Shown here one piece after another: positions 41,000 to 51,501 of a stretch of 64,000 bases of DNA. Below the pieces are notes generated by a model. That model saw only the letters and a list, made by a program, of their open reading frames with translations. It did not search any database and was not told where the DNA came from. Position numbers and translations under genes: made by a program. This stretch comes from an uncultured Planktomarina sp. (GTDB lineage Bacteria; Pseudomonadota; Alphaproteobacteria; Rhodobacterales; Rhodobacteraceae), in assembly GCA_905182325.1 (NCBI GenBank), contig CAJJBD010000004.1:88474-152473 (forward strand). The letters run 5' to 3'. How positions within the stretch are numbered: position 1 is the first letter of the stretch; the number at the start of each line of letters is the position of its first letter.

Positions 41000-41356
41000 T
41001 TATGTCCGACGTTCGCGGCGTTCGCCACGATCTTCACGTTTTTGCATTTGAACAGATGGACCTTCCTCATGTCCATCTACACGAATAGTTAACAAGCGCA
41101 TAACATCTTCATGCAAACCCATTAGCCGTTCCATCTCTTTAACAGCGGCCGAAGGTGCGTCTGTTTTCATAAAGGCATAGTGACCCTTCCGGTTTTTGTT
41201 AACTTTGTACGCCATGGTTTTGACGCCCCAGTATTCATGCTCAGAAACAGCACCGCCATTTTCGGTCAAAATACTTGAAAATTCTTCAATCAATGCTTCC
41301 GCCTGCGTGTTTGACAGGTCCTGCCGCATAATAAAGACATGCTCATAAAAAGACAT
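41000..41356 (-). CDS. rpsF: 30S ribosomal protein S6
   Basis: YEHVFI.RQD, EYWG.KTMAYK.NKNRKGHY. Confidence 0.97.
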   Translation of the reverse strand: MSFYEHVFIMRQDLSNTQAEALIEEFSSILTENGGAVSEHEYWGVKTMAYKVNKNRKGHYAFMKTDAPSAAVKEMERLMGLHEDVMRLLTIRVDGHEEGPSVQMQKREDRGERRERRT

Positions 41357-41375
41357 GTTTTTTCCTATTTTTTTA

Positions 41376-41431
41376 GGTGCGCTTCAAAGATCAGATGTTA
41401 GACCGCAGTCTGATCACGAGAGGCCGCACGG
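41376..41431 (-). promoter_or_regulatory. putative structured ribosomal-protein leader upstream of rpsF
   Basis: Minus-strand hairpin GATCAGA-N13-TCTGATC in a GC-rich island just upstream of the rpsF RBS. Confidence 0.45.
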
Positions 41432-41667
41432 AAGAAATTGATCTGCGGTATAGCTGCGTTTGCCATAAGTGGCGTCTCGGTGCAAGGAAATTGGCCCCAG
41501 GTTAAGAATTTTATGATTGTAGGGCTTAGTGGTGTGTGATTTTTAAAAACTGTGTCTGTAGATCAAGTTGCAAAACAGGAATATTTGATATTTTCAGCTA
41601 AACCGTTGCGTAGCGTGAGGTCAGTAGATATGCGGATAAAAAATAAGGTTTAAAAGAGGAACTCAAA

Positions 41668-42597
41668 ATGCGGGCATTTGTTTTTCCAGGCCAAGGTGCT
41701 CAAACTATAGGAATGGGGAAGGCATTAGCCGTGGCTTATCCCGCAGCTAAGGAAGTATTTGACGAAGTCGATGACGCGCTTGGTCAACGCCTTTCTAAAC
41801 TAATTTGGGAAGGGGATATTGATACTTTAACCCTGACTGCAAATGCTCAGCCTGCGCTCATGGCAACATCGCTTGCGGCTCTGTGCGCGTTGCAAGCCGA
41901 GGGTGTGGCATTGAAGACAGCATCTTTTGTTGCGGGTCATTCTTTGGGGGAATACTCAGCATTAGCTGCTGTGGGTGCAATTTCGATTGCCAATACGGCA
42001 CGTCTATTGCGTATTCGTGGAATAGCTATGCAGGAAGCCGTGCCTGTAGGAGTCGGGGCAATGGCTGCAATACTGGGGTTGGATTTTGAGGCTGTAACTG
42101 CTGTGGCGGCGGCGGCGTCGCAAGGCGAAGTGTGTGAGGCTGCAAATGATAATGATCCCGGACAAGTAGTTGTTTCTGGCCAAAAGGCTGCGGTGGAACG
42201 GGCTCTTGTTCTGGCTAAAGAGGCTGGAGCTAAACGAGCGGTTTTACTACCAGTAAGCGCGCCATTTCATTGTGCACTAATGGAGCCTGCCGCCGCGAGG
42301 ATGGAGAAAGCACTTAGCGAAGTTGAGGTATTGGTGCCGATTTTGCCTTTGATTGCCAATGTCAATGCGACTGCCGTCAGCGATCCACCAACCATTAAGT
42401 CACTGCTTATACAACAAGTCACTGGCTCTGTCCGCTGGCGCGAGTCAATTATGTACCTGGCCGCAGTAGGTGTGTCTGAAATTTGGGAAATAGGTGCGGG
42501 AAAGGCTCTATCGGGCATGGTTCGCCGGATTGATCGGACCTTGAACTGTCAAACCATTGGTTCGCCCGAAGATATTGCCAAAGTTTTGATGATTTAA
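41668..42597 (+). CDS. fabD: ACP S-malonyltransferase
   Basis: FPGQGAQ, GHSLGEY, VSAPFH. Confidence 0.96.
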   Translation: MRAFVFPGQGAQTIGMGKALAVAYPAAKEVFDEVDDALGQRLSKLIWEGDIDTLTLTANAQPALMATSLAALCALQAEGVALKTASFVAGHSLGEYSALAAVGAISIANTARLLRIRGIAMQEAVPVGVGAMAAILGLDFEAVTAVAAAASQGEVCEAANDNDPGQVVVSGQKAAVERALVLAKEAGAKRAVLLPVSAPFHCALMEPAAARMEKALSEVEVLVPILPLIANVNATAVSDPPTIKSLLIQQVTGSVRWRESIMYLAAVGVSEIWEIGAGKALSGMVRRIDRTLNCQTIGSPEDIAKVLMI

Positions 42598-42691
42598 TCA
42601 AAAAACAGTATGTGATGGAATTAGTGTTGCGGCTAAGTGTTGGAGTTTGTGATTTTATCGTGCTATTATTTACAATCACTAGGAGGTTCTC

Positions 42692-43429
42692 ATGTTTCGT
42701 TTGGATGGAAAAAAAGTATTAATTACGGGTGCTTCAGGTGGTATAGGTGGTCAAATTGCGCGTACTTTGCATGCTGCTGGTGCAACAGTTGCGCTTTCGG
42801 GAACCCGGATTGCGCCTCTTCAAAGCCTTTCGAATGAACTGGGTGCTATGGCGCATGTTTTACGGTGTGATTTGTCGGATTTGGATGAAGTTACAGCACT
42901 ACCTAAGCAGGCTGTGGAAGCCATGGGAGGTGTTGATATATTGATCAATAATGCTGGTGTAACACGCGATAACTTGTTGATGCGGATGTCTGAAGATGAA
43001 TGGACTTCTGTTTTGACGATCAACCTTACTAGTACAATGCGTTTATGCAAGGGTGTATTACGGGGTATGATGAAGGCGCGTTGGGGTAGAATCGTCAATA
43101 TTTCGTCAATTGTTGGCGCAACGGGTAATGCTGGGCAGGCCAATTATGCCGCCTCAAAAGCAGGTTTGGTGGCCATGTCCAAATCCCTAGCCCATGAAGT
43201 AGCTACGCGGGGTATTACCGTTAACTGTGTAGCACCAGGCTTTATCTCTACTGCGATGACTGAAAAGCTAACGGACGAGCAAAAAAAAGCTATCTTAAAC
43301 CAGATTCCGGTTGGGCGCATGGGCACAGCTGCAGAAATTGGAGCGGCTGCTTTATACCTTTCAAGTGAAGAATCGGCATTCGTTACGGGTACAACACTCC
43401 ATATAAACGGTGGGATGGCGATGCTTTAA
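42692..43429 (+). CDS. fabG: 3-oxoacyl-ACP reductase
   Basis: TGASGGIG, NNAGVTRD, YAASK. Confidence 0.96.
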   Translation: MFRLDGKKVLITGASGGIGGQIARTLHAAGATVALSGTRIAPLQSLSNELGAMAHVLRCDLSDLDEVTALPKQAVEAMGGVDILINNAGVTRDNLLMRMSEDEWTSVLTINLTSTMRLCKGVLRGMMKARWGRIVNISSIVGATGNAGQANYAASKAGLVAMSKSLAHEVATRGITVNCVAPGFISTAMTEKLTDEQKKAILNQIPVGRMGTAAEIGAAALYLSSEESAFVTGTTLHINGGMAML

Positions 43430-43643
43430 TCACATCTTGCCTCTTTTTAGTATGTTGCGACAAAACATTTGCCCCTAGCTAAACCTGTGCTATAGGCGGC
43501 CCAACTGTTCGGTAATTACTACGGAGCATATCGGACCCGCCACTCGCGGGTGTACACCGCTTCAAACTTGAAGCACTATAATGCCGTATAAGTATTGCGG
43601 AGAACCACGGGCCTTGGCCCAGGAAAGAATAAGGACCAGAGAT

Positions 43644-43877
43644 ATGAGCGACGTCGCTGACCGCGTTAAAAAGATCGTTGTAGAGCACCTTGGTGTTGAA
43701 GAGGATAAAGTTGTTGAAAATGCATCTTTTATTGATGACCTTGGTGCAGATAGCTTGGACACAGTTGAGCTGGTAATGGCTTTTGAAGAAGAGTTTGGTA
43801 TTGAGATACCTGACGACGCTGCTGAAACGATTCAAACATTTGGTGATGCAGTGAAGCATATTTCTGAAGCGGTTTAA
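43644..43877 (+). CDS. acpP: acyl carrier protein
   Basis: [20 protein letters not shown]; ATG 43644. Confidence 0.97.
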   Translation: MSDVADRVKKIVVEHLGVEEDKVVENASFIDDLGADSLDTVELVMAFEEEFGIEIPDDAAETIQTFGDAVKHISEAV

Positions 43878-43898
43878 AGACTGTAAAATGGTCTGTTT

Positions 43899-43930
43899 GC
43901 GGCATCCTTGTTGGGATGCCGTTTTTATTT
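43899..43930 (+). terminator. terminator after acpP
   Basis: gcggcatcc-ttgttg-ggatgccgt followed by a T tract. Confidence 0.85.
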
Positions 43931-44015
43931 AAACTACTAATTTTTTGAAATGTTGGGGCTACACTATTTGTCGATGGAACCCATCTCTGCTATAAAAATA
44001 AATATGGAGGCTAAA

Positions 44016-45275
44016 ATGCGGCGCGTCGTAGTTACAGGACTTGGAATGGTATCTCCCCTTGCAGATGGGGTAGAGGCCACCTGGAAGCGTTTGCTGGACG
44101 GACAGTCTGGCGCCGGGCCCATTACAAAATTTGATGCGAAAGAGGTTGCGACAAAATATGCCTGTGAGGTACCTCTTGGGGATGGTTCAAATGGCACCTT
44201 TAATGCAGACTTTTATTTGGCGCGAAAAGAGCAGCGCAAGGTAGATGATTTTATCGTTTTTGGTCTGGCAGCCGCACAACAAGCTGTTTCGGATAGTGGC
44301 TGGCTACCAGACAGCGAAGAGGACCGGGAGCGTACTGGGGTCATGATTGGTTCTGGCATTGGTGGCTTACAGTCTATAGGTGAGACAGCCCTATTAATTA
44401 AAGAGAAAGGGCCACGTCGAGTATCACCCTTTTTCATACCGGGAGCGCTAATTAACCTTGTTTCTGGTCAAGTAAGTATAAAATTTGGCTTCAAGGGTCC
44501 CAACCATGCTGTTGTTACTGCTTGTTCGACGGGTGCGCATGCTATTGGCGACGCTGCTCGTTTAATTATTTTTGGAGATGCCGATGTTATGGTTGCTGGG
44601 GGCACCGAGAGCTCTATTTGTGAAATTGGAATAGCTGGCTTCAACGCTTGCAAAGCACTTTCCACAAAATTTGTAGAAAATCCTTCAAAGGCAAGCCGGC
44701 CTTACGATGCGGATCGTGATGGATTTGTAATGGGTGAGGGGGCTGGCGTGGTGGTTCTTGAAGAACTTGAACATGCTAAAGCCAGGGGTGCAAAAATTTA
44801 TGCTGAAGTCTTGGGTTACGGTATGTCTGGTGATGCCTTTCATATCACCGCACCATCTGAGACTGGTGATGGTGCTGAAAGATCTATGCGTGCCGCTCTG
44901 CGAAATGCCAACGCAAAACCTTCAGACATTGACTATATAAACGCACATGGAACGTCCACTATGGCTGATGTAATTGAGCTCGCAGCAGTAGAGCGCTTGC
45001 TTGGCGATTCTGCCTCAAACGTTACCATGTCTTCTACTAAATCTTCTACTGGGCATTTGCTTGGTGCCGCAGGTGCAATAGAAGCCATTTTTAGTATTCT
45101 TTCTATCCGTGACCAAGTTGCCCCACCGACGATCAATCTTGAAAATCTGGCTGTACAGAGTAGAGTTGATCTCGCCCCTAATAAAAAGGTCAAACGTAAA
45201 ATTAATCTAGTTCTGTCTAATTCTTTTGGCTTTGGCGGTACCAATGCGAGTGTTATCTTTAGGAAATACGAATAA
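44016..45275 (+). CDS. fabF: beta-ketoacyl-ACP synthase II
   Basis: TACSTG, NAHGTST, GHLLGAAG, NSFGFGGTN; ATG 44016 after GGAGG. Confidence 0.96.
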   Translation: MRRVVVTGLGMVSPLADGVEATWKRLLDGQSGAGPITKFDAKEVATKYACEVPLGDGSNGTFNADFYLARKEQRKVDDFIVFGLAAAQQAVSDSGWLPDSEEDRERTGVMIGSGIGGLQSIGETALLIKEKGPRRVSPFFIPGALINLVSGQVSIKFGFKGPNHAVVTACSTGAHAIGDAARLIIFGDADVMVAGGTESSICEIGIAGFNACKALSTKFVENPSKASRPYDADRDGFVMGEGAGVVVLEELEHAKARGAKIYAEVLGYGMSGDAFHITAPSETGDGAERSMRAALRNANAKPSDIDYINAHGTSTMADVIELAAVERLLGDSASNVTMSSTKSSTGHLLGAAGAIEAIFSILSIRDQVAPPTINLENLAVQSRVDLAPNKKVKRKINLVLSNSFGFGGTNASVIFRKYE

Positions 45276-46421
45276 ATGGTTCGGCATATTGCGTCCAATA
45301 GCCTTACTCTTTTTGTAGTTGCACTGTTTCTTTTAGGGGCTTTAATTAAGACGCTACAGACTAAATATACAAGTCCAAATTCATCACAGCAAGCAATCTG
45401 TTTCGAAGTCGCGTCGGGTAGTTCAATATCAACGGTAGCAAAAAAACTAGAAGCCCAAGGAGTGGTTTCTAGCAAAACATTGTTTCACCTTGGCATAGAT
45501 TACTCTGGAAGAAAGCGGGACCTGAAAGCGGGAAGTTATCTTATTGCTGCAGGTGCTTCTATGTCTCAAATCGCCGATCAATTAACTACAAGTGGTCGGA
45601 ACACCTGTGGCACGGAGGTAATTTTTAGGGTTGGTGTGAGCCGTAATACTATTTTAGTGAGAGAGCTTGACCCTGCAACCAATCGGTATGTTGAAGTTAG
45701 TCGTTCAAATCTCACAGACGATGCCGTGTCTGAAAATTATTTAAATGCATTAAAAGACGATGATGTAAGGATCCGCATCGCTGTCTCTGAAGGTACGACA
45801 AGCTGGAATATTACAAATGCTTTGGAGGGGTTTAAAGCATTAGATGGTCCAATAGTTGATATACCAACAGAAGGTACACTGGCACCTGATAGTTACGAAA
45901 TTAAGTTTGGAGATCTGCGTGCCGATGTTTTGAGGCGGATGGAGAAGGCCCAGGATAAGCGCCTTAAATTAGTTTGGGAAAGTAGGAGTGACAAAACACC
46001 AGTGGACAACATACATGATTTGTTGGTTCTTGCTTCCATTATAGAAAAAGAAACGGGCATTCCTAGCGAGCGGCGGCAAGTAGCATCTGTGTTTGCTAAC
46101 CGTCTAAAATTAGGCATGCGTCTACAGACTGATCCGTCAGTTATTTATGGGATTACTTTAGGTAAAAGGGTATTAGGCCGCGGATTGCGCAAGAGTGAGC
46201 TTAGACGCGATACACCTTGGAATACTTATGTAAATAAAGGCCTGCCGCCGAGTGCCATTGCAAGCCCAGGTTTAGCTAGTCTTAAAGCTGCCGTTAATCC
46301 CGCCACTACAAAGTACATATTTTTTGTTGCGGATGGTTCTGGTGGTCATGCATTTTCTAACACTCTAAAAGAGCATAACCGAAATGTGGCTGCGTGGCGT
46401 AAAATTGAAAAAACTGAATAA
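45276..46421 (+). CDS. mltG: endolytic transglycosylase MltG
   Basis: LASIIEKET, VF.NRL..GMRLQTDP, FFVADGSGGH.F. Confidence 0.94.
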   Translation: MVRHIASNSLTLFVVALFLLGALIKTLQTKYTSPNSSQQAICFEVASGSSISTVAKKLEAQGVVSSKTLFHLGIDYSGRKRDLKAGSYLIAAGASMSQIADQLTTSGRNTCGTEVIFRVGVSRNTILVRELDPATNRYVEVSRSNLTDDAVSENYLNALKDDDVRIRIAVSEGTTSWNITNALEGFKALDGPIVDIPTEGTLAPDSYEIKFGDLRADVLRRMEKAQDKRLKLVWESRSDKTPVDNIHDLLVLASIIEKETGIPSERRQVASVFANRLKLGMRLQTDPSVIYGITLGKRVLGRGLRKSELRRDTPWNTYVNKGLPPSAIASPGLASLKAAVNPATTKYIFFVADGSGGHAFSNTLKEHNRNVAAWRKIEKTE

Positions 46422-46485
46422 ATAACTTATATCAAAAGTTACCTAATTATTTGTTAGATTAATGCACTTGTTTTAAGGAATTTAT

Positions 46486-47280
46486 ATGGCGCTTCCTGTA
46501 ATTAAGAAGAACAAATCTGATCCTGTCTGGGACCAAATTTTGGATGAAGCAAATTACTTATCGATAAATGAGCCGCTATTAAGTTCAATGGTGCACTCAA
46601 GTATACTGCATCATAATAGTTTAGATCAGGCTATATCTTACCGTACTGCTAATAAATTATCCACTGCAGAGATGTCAGAACAGATGCTACGTGAGATTTC
46701 GGATGAAGCTATGCGAGATGGAGATATAATTTCTTACGCTAGAGCTGATCTTATCGCCGTGAACGAGCGTGATCCTTCCTGCCATAGCTTAATTCAAGCA
46801 TTATTGTTTTTTAAGGGGTTCCAAGCGATTCAGGCTTATCGAGTGGGTCACTGGCTTTGGACGTCTGGCCGAAAAGACATGGCTTATTATTTCCAATCTA
46901 GAGTATCTGAAGTATTTAGTCTGGATGTTCATCCTGCGGCGGTGATTGGGTTTGGCATTATGATTGATCACGCTCATTCCATTGTAATCGGTGAAACTGC
47001 TGTTGTTGGAAATAATGTATCGATGCTGCACTCGGTAACTCTAGGTGGAACTGGAAAACAAGATGACGATCGCCACCCTAAAATTGATGATGGCGTTCTG
47101 ATCGGTGCTGGTGCGAAAGTTCTGGGGAATATCAAGGTTGGTCACTGCAGCCGCATTGCTGCCGGTTCCGTAGTTTTACATGATGTTCCACCGTATAAAA
47201 CAGTTGCAGGGGTGCCGGCTAGAATCGTTGGATCCGCTGGTTGTAGTCAACCCTCTGTAAGCATGGATCAACTATTGTAG
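46486..47280 (+). CDS. cysE: serine O-acetyltransferase
   Basis: RDPSC, DVHPAA, IDHAHSIVIGETA, RHPKI. Confidence 0.96.
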   Translation: MALPVIKKNKSDPVWDQILDEANYLSINEPLLSSMVHSSILHHNSLDQAISYRTANKLSTAEMSEQMLREISDEAMRDGDIISYARADLIAVNERDPSCHSLIQALLFFKGFQAIQAYRVGHWLWTSGRKDMAYYFQSRVSEVFSLDVHPAAVIGFGIMIDHAHSIVIGETAVVGNNVSMLHSVTLGGTGKQDDDRHPKIDDGVLIGAGAKVLGNIKVGHCSRIAAGSVVLHDVPPYKTVAGVPARIVGSAGCSQPSVSMDQLL

Positions 47281-47359
47281 GTATTGGTTGTCTTACTAGG
47301 CTCAATATTTAAAGACATTGAGTTTTAACGCTTATACCAGAAGTTAATGCATAAATAAT

Positions 47360-48622
47360 TTAGGCCAACATTGCGGCTGGGTTCTCTAAATTTTCAACAA
47401 TTTTTCCCAGCAATTCAGCCCCAAGTGCTCCGTCAATTACTCTGTGGTCGACTGACATCGTTACAGACATTATAGTAGCTACTCCTAGGGTGCCATCGCT
47501 TAAAACAGTGGGGCATTTTTTCCCTACTCCTACTGCCAGAATAGCTCCATGTGGTGGGTTTATAATGGCATCAAAACTGTCAATTCCCATCATCCCTAAA
47601 TTTGAAATAGCAAAACTTCCACCTTGATATTCATGCGGTGCAAGTTTGTGATTGCGCGCTCGGTCTACCAGATCTTTCATTTCAACGGCAATTTGCGAAA
47701 TTAATTTAGATTCAGCATCAAGCAGAACAGGCGTGAGCAGTCCTCCATCTACTGCGACTGCGACTGCCACATCTGCTGCCTTCATCTGTAAAATACAATC
47801 ATCGGCCCATACAGAGTTTGCTGTTGGTGTTGATTGAAGCGCTAAAGCGCATGCTTTAATTATGAAATCATTGACTGAAATCTTAATTTTGCGTGCTTCA
47901 AGACTTTTATTTATTTTAGTTCGCATGCTTAGTAAGTCATCTAACACTATCTCACGGCGTAGGTAGAAATGTGGAATTGTTTGTTTCGCTTCTGTTACAC
48001 GCGTTGCGATTACTTTGCGCATTCCATTCAGTGGCACTACCGTATGCGTTCTACTTTGATATAAACCGTTTGCAGCAGAGCCACTGAAGGATTCTGATAT
48101 TTTTAAGTTAGTCGGTGCAATAGTTTCATCTGAAACATTGGAACTATTATCTAAATCTGCCTTTACTATGCGTCCTTTTGGTCCAGAGCCTGAAATTAAA
48201 GCTAAATTCACACCCTTTTCGGCTGCTATTCTCTTAGCAAGTGGAGAAACAAAAATACGTTTGCCTTGGCGGGCTAGTTCCGTGGTCAATATGTTAGCGT
48301 CAGCCGCAAAATCTTTCTTTGCGGAAGTGATTAAAGGTGTTGGAGCCAACGGCTCTTCGATAACCATATCTAAGGTTTCACCATCTTCGATTAAAATGGC
48401 GATTGGAGAGTTAACTCTCACATTTAAGGCACCCTCAGAAACTAAAATTTTACCAATGATGCCTTCATCAACGGCTTCGAACTCCATGGTTGCTTTATCA
48501 GTTTCTATTTCCGCTAAAAGGTCGCCAGACTGAACGACATCGCCCTCAGTTACAAACCATTTTGTGAGGGTGCCCTCTTCCATAGTTGGTGAGAGTGCTG
48601 GCATTAGAATTTCAGTTGCCAT
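47360..48622 (-). CDS. pdhC: pyruvate dehydrogenase E2 (dihydrolipoamide acetyltransferase)
   Basis: Lipoyl domain ETDKA, E3-binding SPLAKR..GSGPKGRI, catalytic DHRVIDG. Confidence 0.95.
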   Translation of the reverse strand: MATEILMPALSPTMEEGTLTKWFVTEGDVVQSGDLLAEIETDKATMEFEAVDEGIIGKILVSEGALNVRVNSPIAILIEDGETLDMVIEEPLAPTPLITSAKKDFAADANILTTELARQGKRIFVSPLAKRIAAEKGVNLALISGSGPKGRIVKADLDNSSNVSDETIAPTNLKISESFSGSAANGLYQSRTHTVVPLNGMRKVIATRVTEAKQTIPHFYLRREIVLDDLLSMRTKINKSLEARKIKISVNDFIIKACALALQSTPTANSVWADDCILQMKAADVAVAVAVDGGLLTPVLLDAESKLISQIAVEMKDLVDRARNHKLAPHEYQGGSFAISNLGMMGIDSFDAIINPPHGAILAVGVGKKCPTVLSDGTLGVATIMSVTMSVDHRVIDGALGAELLGKIVENLENPAAMLA

Positions 48623-48632
48623 AGGGCTTTCC

Positions 48633-50000
48633 TTAACGATATAAAACTGATTTAGCAGCGGCCATCACATCCTCTGTGGTTACCAAAGCTAATTTTTCAA
48701 GATTTTCTGCGTAGGGCATAGGTACATCTTTCCCACTACAATTTATGACAGGTGCATCTAGGTAATCAAACGCCTGTTGCATTAAAACTGAAGAGACATA
48801 GTTACCAATAGAACAAACTGGAAAACCTTCCTCGACCGTGACACAGCGATTTGTCTTTTTGACCGAATTAATAACTGTTTGGGTGTCTAATGGACGTAAG
48901 CTTCTAAGATCGATAACCTCAACACTTACACCCATTTCTGTCAACTGTTCTGCAGCTTCAAGGGCATATTTCATACCAATTCCAAAGCTTACTAAGGTGA
49001 TATCATCACCCTCACACCAAATACGAGCTTTGCCCAAAGGCACTGTATAATCAACCAAATCTGGAACTTCAAAGCTCTGACCGTATAAAATTTCATTTTC
49101 TAAAAATATTACTGGGTTGGGATCGCGAATTGCTGATTTTAGTAAGCCTTTGGCATCCGCTGCAGAATATGGCTGAACTACCTTTAAGCCTGGGATATGG
49201 GAATACCAAGCCGCATAATCTTGGCTGTGTTGCGCGCCAACACGAGCCGCCGCTCCATTTGGGCCTCGAAATACCATCGGCGCCCCCATTTGGCCGCCAG
49301 ACATGTAAAGGGTCTTAGCCGCAGAATTAACAATTTGATCCATTGCCTGCATGGCAAAATTGAAAGTCATAAATTCGACAACTGGCTTTAGACCTCCAAA
49401 CGCGGCGCCTATGGCAATGCCTGTGAAGCCGTGCTCAGTAATTGGCGTATCAATAACACGTTTAGAACCGAACTCATCGAGCATACCCTGTGAAATTTTA
49501 TAAGCACCCTCGTATTCGGCTACCTCTTCACCAATCAAGTATACAGTGTCATCGAGACGCATCTCCTCTGACATGGCATCACGAATTGCTTCGCGTACAG
49601 TTTGGGTCTTAAATTTGGTTCCGTCTGGTAATTTTAATTCGACTACAGTTTTGTTCAATGGGATTTCTAATGGTGTTGTAAATTCTGCACGTCGATTGTC
49701 TGATGTGTTGATTGGTTCCTTCACTGTAGTTTCTGCCGGAATATCGGAAATGCTTTCACCATCTTCTAACAGTACCGCAATTTTAGAATTTACAGGCACT
49801 GAGGCTGTTCCTTCGGCTACCAATAATTTACCAATTATGCCGTCCTCAACGGCTTCGAATTCCATTGTAGCCTTATCGGTTTCTATTTCAGCTAAAATGT
49901 CTCCTGATTTAATAGTGTCACCCTCTTCTACAAGCCATTTGGTTAGCGTGCCTTCTTCCATTGTTGGTGAAAGCGCAGGCATTAAGATATCTACTGCCAT
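48633..50000 (-). CDS. pdhB: pyruvate dehydrogenase E1 beta (with N-terminal lipoyl domain)
   Basis: ETDKA lipoyl domain, [15 protein letters not shown]. Confidence 0.96.
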   Translation of the reverse strand: MAVDILMPALSPTMEEGTLTKWLVEEGDTIKSGDILAEIETDKATMEFEAVEDGIIGKLLVAEGTASVPVNSKIAVLLEDGESISDIPAETTVKEPINTSDNRRAEFTTPLEIPLNKTVVELKLPDGTKFKTQTVREAIRDAMSEEMRLDDTVYLIGEEVAEYEGAYKISQGMLDEFGSKRVIDTPITEHGFTGIAIGAAFGGLKPVVEFMTFNFAMQAMDQIVNSAAKTLYMSGGQMGAPMVFRGPNGAAARVGAQHSQDYAAWYSHIPGLKVVQPYSAADAKGLLKSAIRDPNPVIFLENEILYGQSFEVPDLVDYTVPLGKARIWCEGDDITLVSFGIGMKYALEAAEQLTEMGVSVEVIDLRSLRPLDTQTVINSVKKTNRCVTVEEGFPVCSIGNYVSSVLMQQAFDYLDAPVINCSGKDVPMPYAENLEKLALVTTEDVMAAAKSVLYR

Positions 50001-50003
50001 AGT

Positions 50004-51002
50004 TTAGGCTTCCAAGTCTGCGTAAATATCAGTCCAGAGATCTTCTGAAGCTGGCTCAGGGCTCTCTTTTGCAAAATCTGCACTCTTATTTACTATCTCT
50101 TTGATTTCCTTATCGATCAATTTTAAATCGTCTTCACTACAGTGTTCTCCGGTTAAGAGTAGATCTCGAATATGCTGAATTGCATCCTTTTCTTCACGAA
50201 TTTTTTGAACTTCTTCGCGTGTGCGATATTTGGCGGGGTCTGACATGGAATGCCCCCGATATCGGTAGGTTTTAATTTCTAAAATGTAGGGGCCCTTGCC
50301 TGACCTACAATGCTTGACTGCAGTCTGGCCGGCGGCTTTGACTGCTAGCACATCCATTCCGTCTACAGCCTCACCTGGGATACCAAAAGCGTGTCCGCGT
50401 TCATAGATTTCGGCGGACGAAGTAGACCTTTGCTGAGATGTTCCCATAGCATACTGGTTATTTTCAATAACAAAAATTACTGGAAGGTCCCATAACGCTG
50501 CCATGTTAAAGGTCTCATAGACCTGTCCTTGATTAGCTGCTCCATCACCAAAGTATGTAAATGTAACATTATCGTTGCCCTTGTATTTATCTGCAAATGC
50601 TAAGCCGGCGCCAATTGGAACCTGTGCTCCAACTATTCCGTGGCCACCATAGAAATGTTTTTCTTTCGAAAACATGTGCATAGATCCGCCCTTACCTTTG
50701 GAATACCCTCCACTTCGGCCAGTTAGTTCCGCCATAACTCCATTTGCGTCCATACCACAGGCCAACATATGACCGTGGTCACGGTAGGACGTAACACGTT
50801 TATCACCTTCACCCGCTGCTGCTTCTAATCCTACTACAACTGCTTCTTGTCCGATGTAGAGATGGCAAAAGCCGCCAATTAAACCCATACCGTAAAGCTG
50901 CCCAGCTTTTTCTTCAAAACGCCGAATAAGTAACATTTTACGGTATAAAGGCATCAAATCATTCTTTGACACACTTATTTTTTTGGGTTTTTTTACGGTC
51001 AT
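50004..51002 (-). CDS. pdhA: pyruvate dehydrogenase E1 alpha
   Basis: GFCHLYIGQEA, GDGAANQGQ, YRYRGHSMSDP. Confidence 0.96.
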   Translation of the reverse strand: MTVKKPKKISVSKNDLMPLYRKMLLIRRFEEKAGQLYGMGLIGGFCHLYIGQEAVVVGLEAAAGEGDKRVTSYRDHGHMLACGMDANGVMAELTGRSGGYSKGKGGSMHMFSKEKHFYGGHGIVGAQVPIGAGLAFADKYKGNDNVTFTYFGDGAANQGQVYETFNMAALWDLPVIFVIENNQYAMGTSQQRSTSSAEIYERGHAFGIPGEAVDGMDVLAVKAAGQTAVKHCRSGKGPYILEIKTYRYRGHSMSDPAKYRTREEVQKIREEKDAIQHIRDLLLTGEHCSEDDLKLIDKEIKEIVNKSADFAKESPEPASEDLWTDIYADLEA

Positions 51003-51017
51003 TAAAATCTCTTAGCC

Positions 51018-51043
51018 AATATAGTTTAACATTAAACTATATT
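51018..51043. promoter_or_regulatory. perfect palindrome (candidate operator) upstream of pdhA
   Basis: AATATAGTTTAA-CA-TTAAACTATATT, 15 bp from the pdhA start codon. Confidence 0.65.
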
Positions 51044-51113
51044 CTAACATATATTAATGTAAATTGGAAAACATTTATTAAAATATTATAATCTTTTAAA
51101 TCAGTTGCTTAGA

Positions 51114-51419
51114 TTATTTTTGGTGAATAACAATTTCATCTGGGCGAATGAATCCCAGAATACTTCGTGCTTGTTCGTCCAATAGGTCTAAGTCTAGATA
51201 ATTTTCTGATAACCGCAAAGTCTTATTTTCCAGTAATAGAATTGATTTTGTTAACTTCTCAAAGGTTTTCTGAAGTTCGGTCAGTTCTGTTCGGTATTCT
51301 GCACGACGCAATATACCGTAATCACTCTGAATTGCAGAAAAACAGAAGTATGCGGCTAAAGTAAGCGAAACCAGTGTAACGGCAATATTGCCGAGTGGGG
51401 TACTTCTAAGATAGGCCAT
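51114..51419 (-). CDS. septum formation initiator (FtsB/DivIC family)
   Basis: TM helix, coiled coil, LDLDLLDEQARSILG..RPDEIV. Confidence 0.85.
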   Translation of the reverse strand: MAYLRSTPLGNIAVTLVSLTLAAYFCFSAIQSDYGILRRAEYRTELTELQKTFEKLTKSILLLENKTLRLSENYLDLDLLDEQARSILGFIRPDEIVIHQK

Positions 51420-51501
51420 AAAATGCTTTCTGCCTCTGCCAGGCTTTGGTGCAATATGACACATATAATTAGGTCTGTGAATCCCCTGATTTGGTATTAA
51501 A

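Noticed and set aside
48633-50000. Lipoyl domain fused to PdhB and no lpdA in the cluster
   Set aside because: This is a known, common arrangement in alphaproteobacteria.
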